DNA of 38,746 nucleotides from Seison nebaliae (taxonomy: Eukaryota). Numbering within the stretch: the stretch's first letter is position 1; every line of letters starts with the position of its first letter. Location of the stretch: NCBI GenBank assembly GCA_023231475.1, contig JALJEE010001366.1, positions 1 to 38,746 on the forward strand, read 5' to 3'. Shown here in pieces: positions 36,385 through 38,746 of the stretch. The translations under genes and the position numbers were made by a program. The notes below the pieces were generated by a model. That model saw only the letters and a program-made list of their open reading frames with translations. It ran no database searches and was not told the DNA's origin.

Positions 36385-38746
36385 ATGACGAATGACGTGA
36401 TGAACGAGAAGAAAAGAAAGTTGTATACGGCATCTGGAAAATATTCTTTCCATCTCGACGATATTATCGGTAGAGGTGCATTCTCCCGCGTCTATCTCAG
36501 TTATGATAAGAACAATAATCAGTATGCCACTAAAATATTCTCGCCAATTCATGACGAGATCTTCAAGAAAGAAAATGAATTGATGAAACAATTGAAACAT
36601 GAACATATCATCCAATGGTATGATTTTGATATTATCGATAAAGTTCACTTCATTTTTAATTTCTATTTAATTCCGTTTATTTCCTTTTATTTCTATTTAT
36701 TTCCTTTTATTTCTATTTAATTCCGTTTAATTCAATTCTTCGTTAATTTTCCTCCATTTTCTCATTTTCTCATTCATTTTTTTTTGAATGACTAGCAATT
36801 TTTTTATTGAATGGAAAAGTGATTTTGTTAATGTCTTTCAGATGTGCAACGCTATCATCATGGAATACAGTAATTTGGGATCATTACAAAAAATGTTGAA
36901 AACGTCAAAATGTCGATTAGGATTAAACGAGCGATTTTTCGTCTCATTTACCGGACAATTTGGTTAGTTCGACAGCTCTTTTTTCGTGATATTTTCCTAT
37001 TCATAATTTTCTCTAGAATATTTTACTTACGAATTTTTGCATTTTTTAAAATTTTTTTCCAGAAATTTTTTTTTAAAATTTCTTTCCAAAAATGTTTTTT
37101 CAAATGTTTTTTCCAGAAATTTTTTTTCTAGAAATTTTTTTTCAAATTTTTTTTCCAGAAATTTTTTTTCAAATTTTTTTCCAGAAATTTTTTCTCCAGA
37201 AATTTTTTCCCAGAGAGACAATTCAAAAAAATATATTTTTAATATTTCTTTTTTATCATAGTGAGTGCGTATAATTATATGGTGGAGAAGGATGTGCGAC
37301 ATCGAGATCTGAAACCGGGAAATATTCTCTTATTCAGGAAGGACGATTATGATCGTCATGGTGTGAACATATGTCTCAAATTCACAGATTTCGGACAAGC
37401 CAAACAGGATTTTGGTAAAAATGATTTCAATTCATTTCCTTGTGGTACTCCAGCGTACGCACATCCCGATATTCTGAATGAATTCTGGTATCAACCTGAT
37501 CAGCAATCACGTGTCGATACCGAATTCTGGAGTATTGGAACGACCTTTTATCAGATGGCGACGGGATTACTTCCATTCGAATTAGACAGGACGAAAGAGA
37601 AAAATTCCAATCGTAATCGTCTTGTTCAATTGAAGAAATCTCGTCCGTTCAATGCGATCTCTGGTTATGTGAATGAGAAAGGAGAAACGAATTATTCGAC
37701 TGAATTACCTGCACATTGTACTTATTCGAGACAGTTGAAAAGGTGGTTGATTAATAAACTTAATCGATTATTCGAAGTAGATGATAATGATTTTTTAACA
37801 CCGAAACAATTCGAACAATTGATGGAATCATTCATTCATAATATTGATGTCTCTTATCAAATATTTCCTTCGACATCTGTCCATCATTTGTATATGGGCT
37901 CCCAAACGACAATCAATGAATTAATTCGATTAACAATTCGATCGATCAAATCGACATATTCATCTTTTTATCTCTTTTGGAATGAGAATAAATTTCTCTT
38001 CAATTCGACCGATAAAATTTCTGAAATATTTCCAGATGTTCCATCAGATTATTCGGAGAAATCGTTCTCCGTTATTCCCATCAATTTATCGTTAAAATGT
38101 GAACGACAATTATTCCATCAACTTCTCCATAAATCTCAAATGATCTCTCCTGTCTCATATGCTGAATTATTGAAGAAGATTTTGAATGAATTGAAATCTT
38201 ATCGAACTGAATCTCATCTTCTCCAACAACCAATAACAGATGAGGATAATGATGATTCTTATGATTTATGTTCTGATGCTAATCTCCTTTTGAGTATGAG
38301 AGAGAAATTAAGTTTAACTTTATTTAATTTCTTTATTTAATTTCATTCAAATTAATTTGGAATTTTTAATTTTAGCAATTCTTGATAAGTTATTAAAGAA
38401 GAAGAATAATGAATTATCATTTCAAGCGGCATATTCGTATCGATTATATTCCATTTGTTCCGATCATATTCAATCCATACAAAAGACAATTGAATTACGA
38501 GAGAAATTATTCTTTCTTCTCCAATCGGTCTTGAAGGAAATTGATACAAAAATCAATTTGAAAATTATCGAATTGAAAATAGAAATGAATCAAATTCCTC
38601 TAATGGTCGGCAATCTGAGAAAATGGAAACAAAATTTTGTCTTCGCTAACGTGAAGGAAATCATGGAAAAGATATCGGAAGAATTGAAATTAATTCCATC
38701 GATGAGGGAAGATTATTATGTCGATATAGGATGGCTGAATGATCAG
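36385..38746 (+). CDS. TBK1/IKKepsilon-like Ser/Thr kinase, truncated by the window end. Exons 36385-36642, 36842-36962, 37262-38311, 38376->38746
   Basis: IGRGAFSRVY, YATKIF, IIMEYSNLGSL, HRDLKPGNIL, KFTDFG, GTPAYAHPDI, WSIGTTFYQMATGLLPF and the IKK-family AISG...YSTELPAHC segment, followed by a ubiquitin-like-domain-type segment and a helical region. Confidence 0.9.
36661..36733. repeat. 10-bp periodic tandem repeat (TTCYNTTTAW) in kinase intron 1
   Basis: ttctatttaa ttccgtttat ttccttttat ttctatttat ttccttttat ttctatttaa ttccgtttaa. Confidence 0.85.
37048..37213. repeat. Tandem repeat of AAA-T(n)-C(CAG), unit about 12-15 bp, in kinase intron 2
   Basis: Repeated aaatttttttccag and aaattttttttc units. 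Confidence 0.9.

Noticed and set aside
36910..37302. Four overlapping Phe/Lys-rich ORFs
   Set aside because: Artefacts of the intronic tandem repeat.

Overview
AT-rich eukaryotic (animal-type) genomic DNA with very short introns, mostly 39-64 nt, so the ORF track shows only gene fragments. Manual splicing gives six genes: DNMT2/TRDMT1 (-, 345-1808, 6 exons), a divergent GH18 chitinase (-, 2177-3396, 4 exons), a secreted orphan protein (+, 5340-5987), a stand-alone Trio/p63RhoGEF-type DH-PH RhoGEF with a Galphaq-binding extension (+, about 18142-32623, with a predicted 9.9-kb intron), a divergent TBC-like protein (-, 33257-35191) and a TBK1/IKKepsilon-like kinase that runs off the right end (+, from 36385). 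A decayed Mutator (MULE) transposon with long sub-repeated TIRs, a TSD and a transposase remnant lies at 9723-10989, and a related MITE at about 13907-14254. The most striking window-wide signal is the splice donors: all 23 predicted coding introns can start GTT (U at +3) instead of the usual GTR. All gene models are hand-built and lack RNA support. I cannot assign the organism.
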